A stretch of 64,000 nt of DNA from Chiloscyllium plagiosum (lineage: Eukaryota). Below the pieces are notes generated by a model. That model was not told where the DNA came from and made no database searches. It was given only the letters and a program-made list of their open reading frames with translations. Below, piece after piece: positions 25,968 to 38,435 of the stretch. The position numbers and the translations under genes are program-made. The stretch is taken from positions 53,687,282 through 53,751,281 of the forward strand of contig NC_057719.1 in assembly GCF_004010195.1 (NCBI RefSeq), written 5' to 3'. The stretch's first letter is position 1, and each line of letters opens with the position of its first letter.

Positions 25968-26120
25968 AAGCATCTGGATGGGTATATGAACAGGAAGGGT
26001 TTGGAGGGATATGGGCTGGGTGCTGGCAGGTGGGACTAAATTGGGTTAGGATATCTGGTCCACATGGACAAGTTGGACCGAAGGGTCTGTTTCTGTGTTG
26101 TATATCTCTATGACTCTATG
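25968..26120 (+). mobile_element. CR1/HER1 3' terminal fragment
   Basis: gcatctggatgggtatatgaac...ctctatgactctatg repeats the tail of the preceding copy. Confidence 0.85.
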
Positions 26121-26225
26121 CCTCCATGACCCTCAAAATAGCAGAGAATTCTGTTTGTTATTCTTTTCAGTTTCTGAGTCTTTCTGATGTCGGTATAGGG
26201 CAAGGGAAGGCAATTTTTGTGAGTA

Positions 26226-26444
26226 CAGGTCATTCTGCTACAATGCGTGTTTCTTTACTATGAATTTGCTGTAATATGATTGATGAATTGGGGACACTGT
26301 TTCTAAAGCACAAATGTTTAAAGTGTGAATTGGTTGTATCATGATTCTGACCCCATTAGGTTAAATGGTGCTGCTGCTGCGTGATTTTCATGTATCACAG
26401 GATTGCACGAGAACGCAACTACACCATTATTGCAGAACTGACTG
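26226..26444. mobile_element. Tc1/mariner (Tigger/pogo-like) MITE
   Basis: Imperfect TIRs caggtcattctgctacaatg / cattattgcagaactgactg; TA on the left, TG on the right. Confidence 0.55.
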
Positions 26445-27033
26445 TGATGCAGAGTCTTGCCTGCCTTCTGGTCAAACATTGGACTTCAAGTTAAGAGGGA
26501 CTTTGATTTTTAGCTGTTTCTGAGCTCTCTAAATGTGGATAAATCCTTGATGGGCCAAAACCTCCTGTGACTGATCGCTCACTCCTCCTCCCCTCTCACA
26601 CCTCCCTCCAACGGACATTATATCCCTGATTAGCCAAAATCTGCCATTCTCAGCCCCATTCACCAGGCCAATAACCCTGTCTCCTGTCCTTCTGATTTGA
26701 TGAATATCTTCGGATAGCCTATACCTGGCTTAACAATATTTTCTTTCAATCAGTTGAACAACAGGAATTAAAGCTAGATATGACCATCAAAGTCAGAGGC
26801 GTGTAGATGGAAGGGTGGAGGAGAGTGATGCGGGTGGGACTGTAGGTGCTGGGATTGGGAGAGTGAGAAAGCTGAGGATGCTGGTGAATTTAGGATGTGT
26901 GGTACAGGGATTGGAGCAGAGCTGAACTGCCGGGTCAATTGGTGAGACAGCGTGGAGGGTAGCTAGAAATAAAAGTAGCTTAAAGAAAAAGCACTTAAAC
27001 TGATTGAAAACACTCATCCATCATTGAGCTGAA

Positions 27034-28190
27034 TGAATGATTTGGATGTGAACATATGAGGTTTGGTTAGTAGGTTTGCAGATGACACCAAAATTGGAGG
27101 TGTAGTGGACAGCCAAGAAGGTGACCTCAGAGCACAACAGGATCTTGATCAGATGGGCCAATGGGCTGAGAAGTGTCAGATGGAGTTTAATTTAGATAAA
27201 TGTGAGGTGCTGCATTTTGGAAAGGCATATCAGGGCAGGACATATAGACTTAATGATAAGCTCCTGGGGAGTGTAGCTGAACGAAGAGACTTTGGAGTGC
27301 AGGTTCATAGTTCCTTGAAAGTGGAGTCGCAGATAGATAGGATAGTGAAGAAGGCATTTGGTATGCTTGCCTTTATTGGTCAGTGCATTGAGTATAGAAG
27401 TTGGGAGGTCATGTTGCAGGACATTGGTTAGGCCACTTTTGGAATACTGTCTCCCTGCTAAAGGACGGATGCTGAGAAACTTGAAATGGTTCAGAAAACC
27501 TTTATGAGGGTTTTGCTAAGGTTAGATTATTTGAACTATAAAGAGAGGCTGAATAGTCTGGGGCTATTTTCCCTGGAGCATCGGAGGCCAAGGATGACCT
27601 TATAGAGGTTTATAAAATCATGAGGATTATGGATAGGGTAAATAGACAAGGTCTTTTCCCAAGGGTAGCAGAGTTCAAAACTAGAGGGTATAGGTTTAAG
27701 TTGAGATGGGAAAGATTTAAAAGGTGCCTAAGGAGCAAGTTTTTCATGCAGACAGTGGTGCATGTACTCTCTGAGGTAGTTTCTTTACTCAGAGAGTAGT
27801 AAGGGTGAGGAACTCACTGTCTGCAACAGTAGTAGACTCGCCAACTTTAAGGGCAGTTAAATGGTCATTGGATAGGCATATGGATGAAATGAAATAGTGT
27901 AGGGAAGATGGGCTTCAGATTGATTCCACAGGTTGGTGCAACATCAAGAGCTGAAGGACCTGTAATGTTTTATGTTCTACGTATGGAATGAGCTGCTAGA
28001 GGAAGTGGTGGAGGCTGGTAAAATAAAAATATTTTAAAGGGATCTGGATGGGTATATGACTAGGAAGGGTTTAGAGGGATATGGGCCAAATGCTGTAAAA
28101 TGGGACAAGATTTATCTAGGCTGACATGGATGAGTTGGACTGAAGGGTCTGTTTCTGTGCTGTACATTTCTGTAACTCGATGACTCTATG
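27034..28190 (+). mobile_element. CR1/HER1-type LINE, 5'-truncated, with nested insert
   Basis: RFADDTKIGG...MEFNLDKCEVLHFG and 3' tail; host reading gtggtgcatgta|tggaatgagctgc is interrupted. Confidence 0.92.
27767..27980 (+). mobile_element. Nested 3' end of another CR1 subfamily
   Basis: ttctttactcagagagtagt...agtagactcgcc...ttttatgttcta is the same family as 59668-59955 (minus). Confidence 0.75.
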
Positions 28191-30067
28191 AATACTGAAC
28201 GGGACATATCTTCATCTCATAACATTAAAGGTGATTTCTTTTCCTTTAAAAGTGCCTCTCCTCCCTTGACGTCCCATTCACCTTGTCATTGAAAGATCCA
28301 GCTACAGCCTATAAGAAAGATAAGATTTTCAACATAATCAGTGACATATAATTCCACTTCACTACTGTTTTCACAATTCAGACCATATATTTACACTGTT
28401 AAGCACTCTCTTCTGTTTAGTCATGTCCTGATATGATAGACCTCCAAGCCTAAAGAAAGAAGACATCCCGTGCTGTCACGTGATACATTCCAGTCACTGG
28501 TGTACAATGTGAGGCTTCTCTATTGTGTTCCTTGTTATACTATCATATTCTGGGAAGGAGAAAGTGACTCTGGATCAATGAGAACTCAAGGCATTCTTCC
28601 AAGACTGACTATCGATATTGAACTCCACATCTTAAACTGCAAGTCTGCTCAGATGGACATTGTGCAACAAATTCCTTCTTGAATAATATTTAAATGTACT
28701 AAAACAGCTCTTTGAAGGATTTGTTGACATTTGAAGAAACTTTGTTCAGCTTATCCAGCTAGAAAGAATAAACAAAGCTCTATGCATCCAATTTACAAGG
28801 CAGAGGCTGTTTTGTATCTTCTGAGAACTACGTTTCATTAACTTATTGCCTTAAACTGTCATAGTTTAAGCTTTTTAAAAAAATCAGAAGAACATGGAAC
28901 TTGAGAAACAGCTAAAATTGAAAGGGGCTCTTCCAAAGTATACTTTTACACCAGAAATCAACAAATAAAGTTTTTCAATGCAAGCAATAGAATTTTCAAC
29001 AGATTGACAGGTCAATGGAAACTGAATGTGAGAGTTAATTTTAGTAAGCCTTATGGTTGATATAATATAAGATGTAGGAGGCAGCCAGAAAGATTACTTT
29101 GTGGTGCATATTACTTTGATGCCTACTGTACCTATAGACTAATATACCAATGGAATAATAGCCTGGCTACAATCCAGGCATTATCTCTGCACTCCCAGGA
29201 CAAGGACAGAGGCATTTGCAGACCTCGGCTAGCTACTTCATTGACAGCTGTAGACAGCCTGCAATATGGAAATCATACGGACCAAAGCTTTTTTTTAAAA
29301 TAAATTTATTCATTGACATCGAATGTGCACAAACTTGGCAAAGTCAGTAATTCTTGCCAATCCATAATTATCCTTGAGAAGGAAAAATCCAATAGGTCTA
29401 TCCCTCCTCCTCTGGTCAAGCACAAAGCTTGCACTGAACAATCTTGAGTATTAGCACCAGAAAATGTATCCTTTTGGCTCATTATCGCTGAGTTCCAACT
29501 TTAATTAATTCAATATGTTTATACCTTAAATTCTGACTTTTTTTATTATTAATGAGATTATTTCAATGATGGGGTACTTAATTTGGAATGAGAAAATTAC
29601 TTTGAATTATCAGAAGCAAACTGTAGGATGGCTATCTATGACCTGACAGGGCACTCCCAAGCAGAAGAGCATTAACATCACAGGATCAAAGTGAGGTTAC
29701 ATCTGATGTCAGAGCATGATAAGTTGAGGGAGAAAATGTCCTCTGTACCAAAGTGGTTATGGGCTGAAACCTATATTCTTTTTGGCAAAGTGCAACTTGC
29801 ATCAAGTTTGTTGGAATGTTTTTTGCAATGAAGCAAGAATGAAGCCAGCCAGAATTATCACTCTATCTTATCAAACTCACGTTATTAACTAGTTTCCCTG
29901 CCTTATGACACCCTTCTCATCTAATTCAAACTCACCGTGTGTCATTCCCAGAAGAACTCACCACTGATTTGGTTTCTGCTGAAAGATTAACATCACTGGA
30001 GTCTGCATCCAGACAAACACTGACATTGTGAAGCTTCCCTAGTCATTCAGGGACAGAATCTAAGCAT

Positions 30068-31500
30068 ATGCTAAAGAAGGAGAAGGTGGCACCACCATTC
30101 TGTTACAGAGACCTAGAGACTCTGATGGAGCAAAGGTCGGAGTTCCTCTCCCCAGAGGACTGACAGAGGGCACCACATCCGAAAACCCTGCCAGCCTAGT
30201 CCAAAGTCACTAACTGGGTTAGTGAGTTCTCCATCGACTGAAGGAACAGCCAGCCATGCTGTAAGAATGCCAATAACCTTCTCTGCTCTGTCAGAGTGAG
30301 TGCCACACTCTTCCCTCTATTACCTCATGTTCATGCTATCTCTGCTACTGCACCCACCATCCACCAAGGCTTATAATTTGCCAACAGCATTATTGCACAC
30401 AGCACCTTTCCTCACTCACTTTCATTTGACCTCAAACTCCCACAGGCCTAACCCTGCATGACCTCTGCACTACCTACTCAACCCCTCTGAATACCTCTCA
30501 AATTTTCCCACCCGCACCAGCAGTAACAACTTTACTAACCCCACTTTGACGCCACTCAATCTCTTCCTTTCTCTCATTACAGGAGAAGGCAACCCACACT
30601 AAGGCAGCAGGGGCCTGAGTAAGTGGAGGGGTGTCCAAGCATAGACTCCTCATGCCCTATGAGGAGAGAATCCTGGCTCTGGCACGTGACGATAAAGATC
30701 ATTGTTGTGGTGATGCAGAGCCATCCATATCCTGCCAACCGAGTATATACCACTCCTCATTTCACTATAACTACCACATGATCCCTGCTGTCACTCTCAC
30801 TGATTGCACACCACTTTCAATCACTGTCTGCGATTCCTTCTCTCTCTTTTGCCTTGTAAGCACCAGCAGAATGAGACCTACTTCCACAAAGAAACAACTT
30901 ACTCCACTAGCTGCCACCTCCTTGACCTCTGAGCAAGAGAATTCTGAGGCCTTTGACAACACATTGACTCAGCTGCCTCCTGAACCCCTCACCTACCAGT
31001 CTATCCTACCTCCCACACCTTGGTGGGAATGTTAACGTTAGAAAGTTTAGGAGCACAATCAGGGGAGTGCCTCACTATGAAAGCACCAGAGCTGGCCTGG
31101 GAAGATATGGTGGACTCGGTGGATTGCCAAAGCCAAGGCATCTGCTTAGCCCCGGGGCAGGAGGGAGGTTGCGGAGTTGGCAAAAAGGGATGTCATCCAC
31201 AGGCACAGGGAAGATCGCTGCAGACAGGGAAGTTGGAGGCAATGGCTTTAATTGTCCAGAAACTGCAACAGTGCAGCAAATCTGACAGCCTTTCTGTCTC
31301 TGTAACCAGGTTGGCAGCTGGCATGGAGACCCAGACACAGTCCCCTCAGGGGCTACTGGTGAGGTGCCAATACTTGCACTCCATCACTCCAGTCATTGGT
31401 CTTAGGAGCAAAGGCATTGACCACAGTGGGAACCAGGTGCACACACTAGGTAGCCCAGCCTCTCAAGGAGGCAGGGCAGAGCCAGGAGGCAGCTAGCTGA
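30068..31500 (+). pseudogene. Decayed intron-containing Harbinger-type Myb/SANT DNA-binding gene
   Basis: MLKKEKVAPPFCYRDLETLME...RNSQPCCKNANNLLCSVR then gtgagt (30296); acceptor ctctcattacag (30581) then EKATHTK...GGVSKHRLLMPYEERILALA; in-frame stops present. Confidence 0.6.
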
Positions 31501-32031
31501 AGGGAATCAGACAAAGGCCCCTCTCATAACTCTCCAATGGTGGCTGCCCCATCACCACCGTACCAAACCCCCTCCCCCTACTGTACCTGACCCCTTCCAA
31601 CCCTTGGAAGTTTAAGTCGAGAAGGGTCCAGCATTCTGACAAAAACAGTCTCAAGGTTGCACAAACAAACCTCCAGGGCCAATGGTCTCCACTGGCTGCC
31701 TCCACCCCGGCTGCATCCCTCTTTCCCCCAATCCTGAGGACCACTTGCCCAACAGTTTGAGGTAGGGTTGCCTCCACACTGTTTATGCAATGTGTTTTCT
31801 GCATAAGCTGCAAACACATGTTGTAGATGAAAAAGTGACATTTCAAACTACCAAACAGCCATGTATAGATCCCCCTGACTGGTGACTGCTAAATAGCAAG
31901 GCAAGCTGCTGGATTGTGTGACTGAGCTAATTGGCAAGGCATGGATACTGGTGATAAGGCAGCAAGTGAGCATCCCTGAGATGCAGCCTGGTTAAGTCTA
32001 GGAGCTGGGTGACTAACATTACATGCAATGT

Positions 32032-32210
32032 GGCGAAAGTGCAGATGCTGGAGATTTGATTCGAGGATGTGGCGCTAGAAAAGCACAACAAGTCAGGTAG
32101 CATCTGAGGACCAGGAGAATCGATGAGGGCTTTTGCCCAAAATGTCGATTTTTCTGCTTCTTGGATGCTGCCTTAACTGCTGTGCTCTTCCAGCACCACA
32201 CTCTTGACTG
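32032..32210. mobile_element. Fold-back PLE-terminal insert
   Basis: Inverted arms around gatgagggcttttgcccaaaatgtcg; TSD catgcaatgt at 32022-32031 and 32211-32220. Confidence 0.8.
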
Positions 32211-32896
32211 CATGCAATGTATTTGCTACAAGCATTCAAAGTTAGTCGGCAGTGCACATTGCAAAGCAGGTCTAAGCTTTCTAACTGGTCTGTATGTAGA
32301 TCACAGAGCTCTGATCATTGTGAGCTGCTGGAAAACGTTGGATGGCAAACTCCATCGACAAGGAAACATGTGGCTAGCGGCCATTGATTGGGTCCAGCTT
32401 TGTGCTAAGCAAAATATTAATGCAAGAATTAAAACTAAAATTTCTCAATGCAAGGTGCAGTGTTCAAGATCGGCCAAGAAACTAGCAAATCATGAACTGT
32501 AAAAGAAATACTGAATAACAAAGTTAGGTTCAGCATGCAGTTACATGCTGTGCCATAGGGAAAAAAAAACTCAAGTTTGCATTCCTAATGTCACCCATGC
32601 CAGCTGGGACAGCAAGCGGGGGCAGGTGCTTCTCCACAGGAAAGAAGAGGAAATTGGCAAAAGACCAATGTATTCTATTCACAGTCAATTCCTGAATATA
32701 ATCCTTCAAACTTCAACACAGAAGTGTCTTTTTCTGGTCACTATGCAATGCCAATGTTAGTTCCACACCAGACTTTTCTACCCAATTGTCATTACTGCTC
32801 TCTGTTCCTGCATCGTTTGACATTTCAATTATTTATCTCAGTTGTTCATACATGACTGAACTAACTTGATTTCATCAGCCATTAAAACAATACATT

Positions 32897-33232
32897 TGGG
32901 TGGCACAGTGGCTCAGTGGTTAGCACTGCTGCCTCATAGCGCCATGGACCTGGGTTTGATTCCAGCCTCGGATGACTGTCTGTGTGGAGTCTGCACATTC
33001 TCACTATGTCTGCGTGGGTTTCCTCCCACAATCCAAAGATGTGCAGGTTAAGTGAATTGGCCATGTTAAATTGCCCGTAGTGTTCAGGGACGTGTAGGTT
33101 AGGGGCATTAGTCAGGGGTAAGTGTAGAATAATGGGCTAGGGGAATGGGTCTTGGGTGGGTTACTCCTCAGACGGTTGGTGTACACTTGTTGGGCCAAAT
33201 GGGCTGTTTCCATACTGTATGGATTCTATGAT
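32897..33232 (+). mobile_element. HE1-type V-SINE, full length
   Basis: A-box tggctcagtgg, B-box gggtttgattcc, V-domain, and tail ttgggccaaatgggctgtttcc...attctatgatt. Confidence 0.9.
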
Positions 33233-33364
33233 TGCCTGCTTCAACTAACATTTTATGCAAAATAAACTCATCTTCGCTTTCGTACAATACTTGCTAATCC
33301 TCAAATTATGGACAAGTCAGGTTTGTTCATTGACCAGAGCGAATGATCCAACATTATTATTTTT

Positions 33365-34860
33365 CAAAATTCATTCATGGGATGTAGGTGTCACTGGCTA
33401 GGCTAGCATTTATTGACCTTTTCTAATTGTCCTGGAGACTGTCCAATAAGCTTCATTCTTAAAACTCTGTAGTCCTTGAGGTATAGGTACATCTAATGTG
33501 GTTTAAGGAAAGGAGTTCCTGGGTTTTGACCCAGGGACAGTTCAGGAACAGTTGGACGGTTCTGAGTCAGGATGATTTGAGTGGCTTGGAGGGGAACTTG
33601 CAGGTAGTGGCTTTCTCAAATATCTGCTGCCTGGTCCTTCTACATGATAGCGCTCATGGGTTTGGATCATGCTGACCGAGGTGCCTTGATGAGATACTGA
33701 TGTGCATAATGTAGAGAGTGTACACTGTTGCTCTTGTGAAGTAACAGTGAAGGAGTGAATGTTGAAGACGGTTGGGATGGCAAACACATTCCTGAAGAAG
33801 GCCTCATGCCCGAAACATCGATTCTCCTGCTCCTTGGATGCTGCCTGACCTGCTGCACTTTTCCAGCAACACATTTTCAGCTCTGATCTGCAGCATCTGC
33901 AGTCCTCACTTTCCCCATGGCAAACACATGGGCTACTTTATCCTGGATAGTGTCCAGCTCCTTGAATCTTGGTGCTCCATTCATCAAAGCAGATAGGGGG
34001 TATTCCATCACACTCATGACCTGTGACTTATGAGCAGTGAACAGATATTGAGGAGACATGATGTGATTTTTACATATCACAATATTTTGTCTCTGACCTG
34101 CTCTTATCTCCACGGTATTCATATGGTTGGTCCGCTTCAGTTTCTAGTGAAGGGTAATCCACAAGCTTTTGATGGTGGGGGAATTCAGTCATAGCAGTGC
34201 CACTGAACATCAAGGGCTGATGGTTACATGTTCACTTGTTGGAGATTGTCATTGCCTGGTACTTGCACGTTATGGTATTACTTGCCACTGATTAGCCCAA
34301 GCCTGGATTATTGTCCAGGTCTGTCTGTGTGCACACATGAACTGCTTCAGTATCTGAGGAATGACAAATTTTACTCAGCATCAGTGATCATCCCAGTTAT
34401 GACCTAATGATGAACAAAAGACAGGATGAAGCAGCTGAAGGTCGATAGGTCTAGGACAGAACGTTGAGGATCTCCTGCAGTGACACCCTGGAGTTGAGAT
34501 GACTGACTTCCAACAACTACAACAATTTTCCTTTGTGAAAGTATGAGTCCAGTGGACAGCTTTCCTCAATTCCCATTGACCGGAGCATTGCTCAATTTTT
34601 CCAAACCATACACGATCAAATGCTGCCTCTATATCAAGGGCAGTCATTCTCATCTCACCTCTGGAATTCACCTCTTTTGTCTATGCTTGGATGAAGACTG
34701 CAATGAGATCAGAGCTAAGCTTCAGTGATCTAGGTACTTCCTTCAAAAATGTCACATGACAACCATTTTCATCAATTTGCTGATGATAGGACTGTTATTG
34801 GCCAGGTCGGATTTGAGCTGCTTTTTGTGTCCAGATTATATATGAGCAATTTTCACATTG
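33365..34860 (-). mobile_element. Decayed LINE of the second (CR1/L2-group) family with 3' end
   Basis: RT motif ALDIEAAFDRVW and QVMSVMEY; its 3' tail ttcattcatgggatgtaggtgtcactggctagg is shared with the SINE at 62380-62570. Confidence 0.75.
33790..33916 (+). mobile_element. 127-bp PLE-terminal insert starting at a hammerhead core
   Basis: Perfect 13-bp TSD atggcaaacacat (33777-33789, 33917-33929); near-identical to the reverse complement of 37798-37921. Confidence 0.88.
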
Positions 34861-35293
34861 GTGGAATGACATTTGTGGCTTTACAAAATTACCCTTTCAA
34901 ATTCTTAAAAATTTCACTAAATGATCCCCACGCCTCTCTACCCTCACCTTTACTTTATGTAGATATTAAACACACTTAGATTTGGGTGCTTTTTGAACAC
35001 ATGGTATTCATCAATACTTGTGAGTGTGAATTTGGTCTTGAGCTGTCATGCAATAGTTGATAGCAAACAAGCAGCAAATGAAAAAGGAAACAAGCAAAGT
35101 GTCAAACACAGCAATCCAAGATGGTGGCGATCTGAGAAGATCGCACTGCAGAGCTCCGCATCGCAGCACAAGCGGGACAAACCTTTAACCCCGCCCAACC
35201 CAGGCCGTCATGATATCTTGGGACTCCGGATAGATCGTGGAATCCCAAAAATTGTCTGAAAATTAACTTACCTGTGTTTCCAGTGGTTCAGAG

Positions 35294-36094
35294 ATGCCGA
35301 AAAAGGGAGGAGGAGCATCCGAGGCTGGGTCTGCAGTTCAGCCTACAGGATCCTCGGAGCCAATACCTTTCCAGGCCCTGGTGAACGAGCTCTCGAAATC
35401 TCACGAGATGCTGGGGAAACTGATTGAAGAGAAGCTGGCTCCAATCTCTCTCATGCTGCAGAAGCATGAGCAGCAGCTGGGAGACCTGGAGAAGAGGACG
35501 GATGAATTGGAGCACAGGGTCACAGTGGTGGAAGCTGATGCCATTTCATCCAAGGATAGGATCCGAGCCCTGGAGATGCAGGTCTGTAATTTGCGTGACC
35601 AAGTGGATGATCTTGAGAACAGGAACAGGAGAAAAAACATTTGGATCATCGGTCTGCCTGAGGGTAAGGGAGGTGCAGAATTTGTTGAGGATTGGCTGCT
35701 GAAATTCCTTGACTTGGAGGTTGACATGAGAAGATTGAAGATAGAGAGGGCTCACTGGGTCACAGAGCGGAGATCGGGTCAACGTCCTCGTCCTCTCCTG
35801 GTGCGGTTCCATTCATTACTGGGATAAGGAGAGAGTCATGGAGGCTTCCAGAGTCCAGGGGAACAATCCAATGGCCCTAATTTATAAGGGCTCCAAGATC
35901 ATGTTCTTTCAGGACTTCTCAGCAGTGGTGATCCAGAAACGAAATCTTACGACGATGTCAAGAGAAGACTGAGGGAGCTTGGGATTCAGTACTCCCTGAG
36001 GTAGCCGGCAGTGCTACGATTCACCTTAGATGGATCCATACATCTCTTTGACACGTCGGAGAAGGCAAGAGACTTTGTGGACAAACTAACCTAA
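35294..36094 (+). pseudogene. L1 ORF1 (coiled coil plus RRM-type), frameshifted
   Basis: LENRNRRKNIWIIGLPEG, IERAH, PRPLLVRF motifs; continues after a frameshift at about 35820 (FFQDFS). Confidence 0.9.
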
Positions 36095-37886
36095 TTTGAA
36101 TAATTTTAGTATGTGTAAATAGTGTTGTTTGGGTATGTGTTTATCATTCTGTAAAAGAAACGGAGGCAGTCTGGTTGGAGCTTTATCTTTCTTTTTTTGC
36201 CTATTGATAATAATTTGGTTTAAACTATGATTGGCAGCGGTTGAGATATACATTTTCAATTTCTAAGTTAGGATATACCAAGGGATGATTGGGGTATCTA
36301 TTCCCTTTTTTAAAAAAAATACTGGTATGCTGTGGGGTGTTTATTCTTTTCTGCTTGTGTTTGCGGTGTGGCTCCAGATGGGAGAAGTGAAGATGGGTGG
36401 GATGGTTAGATGCCTAATTACCCATCCCAGTTTGGGATGGGTAGTTGCTCCCTCTGAGTTCCCCTACTCAGCACTGCTGGTGCTTTATACGTTGGTTTGT
36501 TTTTTGGTTTTAGTTGTTTTTTATTTTCAATAGTTTTGAAAGTTTGTGAAATGTAGTGATTTTAGTTTATGTAGTTTTTATATTTGGTGAATCATGTGAC
36601 ACTAAAGCTCCATGATTTGTGGTTCAGGTTCCTCCTGTCTGGAATTTAAATGTTATTGCAGAAGGTTATGGCTAATGATTTGATTAGATGGTGTACCTGG
36701 AATATCAAGGGAAGTCACTCACCAATTAAGAGAAAGAAGGTACCCTTGAGTCTTAGAAAGAAGGTGGATATTGCTTTGTTACAGGAGACACACTTGAATG
36801 ACAAGGAGCATCTGAAATTACAGCAGAATAGCTTTGACCAAGTTTATTTTTCATCATTTAATACCAGAAGTAGGGGAGTGGCTATATTGGTTAGGAAAAA
36901 TCTCCCATTTAATTTGTGGGGTGTGTTAAAGACACACACGGGAGGTTTGTAATTCTTAAAGCCTTGAAAAATGGGGGAGAATATGGTGTTTTAAATGTTT
37001 ATTGCCCTCCAGCTCACCCCTTAAATTGTTGGTAGACGCTTTTTCTAAATGGTTAAGTCTCGAGTCCCAGCATATCATTATAGGGGGAGATTTTAACTGT
37101 CTCATGGATCCCATAGTAGACAGGTTGCACAAAGGTCCCTCAATACCCTCTGTACAAACTGAACAGTTAGTTGGTCTGTATGTGGATTTAGGGTTGGTGG
37201 ACATCTGGAGGTGTCCCTAACCTACAGGCAATGATTTTATGTTTTTCTTCAATCCGCACAGATGTCACACCAGGATTGATTTTTTTTCTGACCCCTGCGG
37301 TAACCCTGGATTTGGTGGCATCTTGTATGATTGGTAATATTACCATCTCTGATCATGCTCCAGTGTACCTCTTGGTTAAGATTAAAGACGTACAGTGTAT
37401 TTGAGGTACTGGCAAATGGATCCCTTTATCCTCAAGGATAAGAAGTTTGAGGAGCATTTCTCTAGGGAATTTCAGGCGTTCTTAGGCATCAACATAAGCT
37501 CGGTTGATAGCTCATCCGTTCTCTGGAAACTGCCAAAGACTATACTAGAGGGTTAGTTATTTCATATTCTGCCAGTAGCAAGCGGCAGAAGAGTGAGCAG
37601 CAACATCTCTTTGAAGCACAGTTTAAGGCAGCCGAGAAGCTTACTTTGACAGACCCTTGTTGGTCAAAACTACAGAGGATTACGGCACTGCGATCTGCAC
37701 TAAAATCCATGCTCACGCAAACGGCAAAGAAGCAGCAGACATTTGCTAAGCAAAGGTCATATGAACATGGTTACAAGCCAGGCAAATACTTTGCGTAGAA
37801 AGTGAGGTCTGCAGATGCTGGAGATCAGAGCTGGAAATGTGTTGCTGGAAAAGCGCAGCAGGTCAGGCAGCATCCAGGGAACAGGA

Positions 37887-37921
37887 GAATCGACGTTTCG
37901 GGCATAAGCCCTTCTTCAGGA
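37887..37921 (-). ncRNA. Minimal type I hammerhead ribozyme motif (PLE-type)
   Basis: Minus strand reads uc-CUGAAGA-a-gggc-uuau-gccc-GAA-ACGU-C-ga: conserved core, 4-bp stem II, palindromic stem III. The 5' part of stem I is lost in the gap. Confidence 0.7.
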
Positions 37922-38435
37922 NNNNNNNNNNNNNNNNNNNNNNNNNNNNNNNNNNNNNNNNNNNNNNNNNNNNNNNNNNNNNNNNNNNNNNNNNNNNNNN
38001 NNNNNNNNNNNNNNNNNNNNNNNNNNNNNNNNNNNNNNNNNNNNNNNNNNNNNNNNNNNNNNNNNNNNNNNNNNNNNNNNNNNNNNNNNNNNNNNNNNNN
38101 NNNNNNNNNNNNNNNNNNNNNNNNNNNNNNNNNNNNNNNNNNNNNNNNNNNNNNNNNNNNNNNNNNNNNNNNNNNNNNNNNNNNNNNNNNNNNNNNNNNN
38201 NNNNNNNNNNNNNNNNNNNNNNNNNNNNNNNNNNNNNNNNNNNNNNNNNNNNNNNNNNNNNNNNNNNNNNNNNNNNNNNNNNNNNNNNNNNNNNNNNNNN
38301 NNNNNNNNNNNNNNNNNNNNNNNNNNNNNNNNNNNNNNNNNNNNNNNNNNNNNNNNNNNNNNNNNNNNNNNNNNNNNNNNNNNNNNNNNNNNNNNNNNNN
38401 NNNNNNNNNNNNNNNNNNNNNNNNNNNNNNNNNNN
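37922..38435. other. Assembly gap (N run)
   Basis: Run of N characters. Confidence 1.

Noticed and set aside
32897..32970. tRNA gene
   Set aside because: It is the tRNA-derived head of an HE1-type SINE, continuing into V-domain and LINE-like tail.
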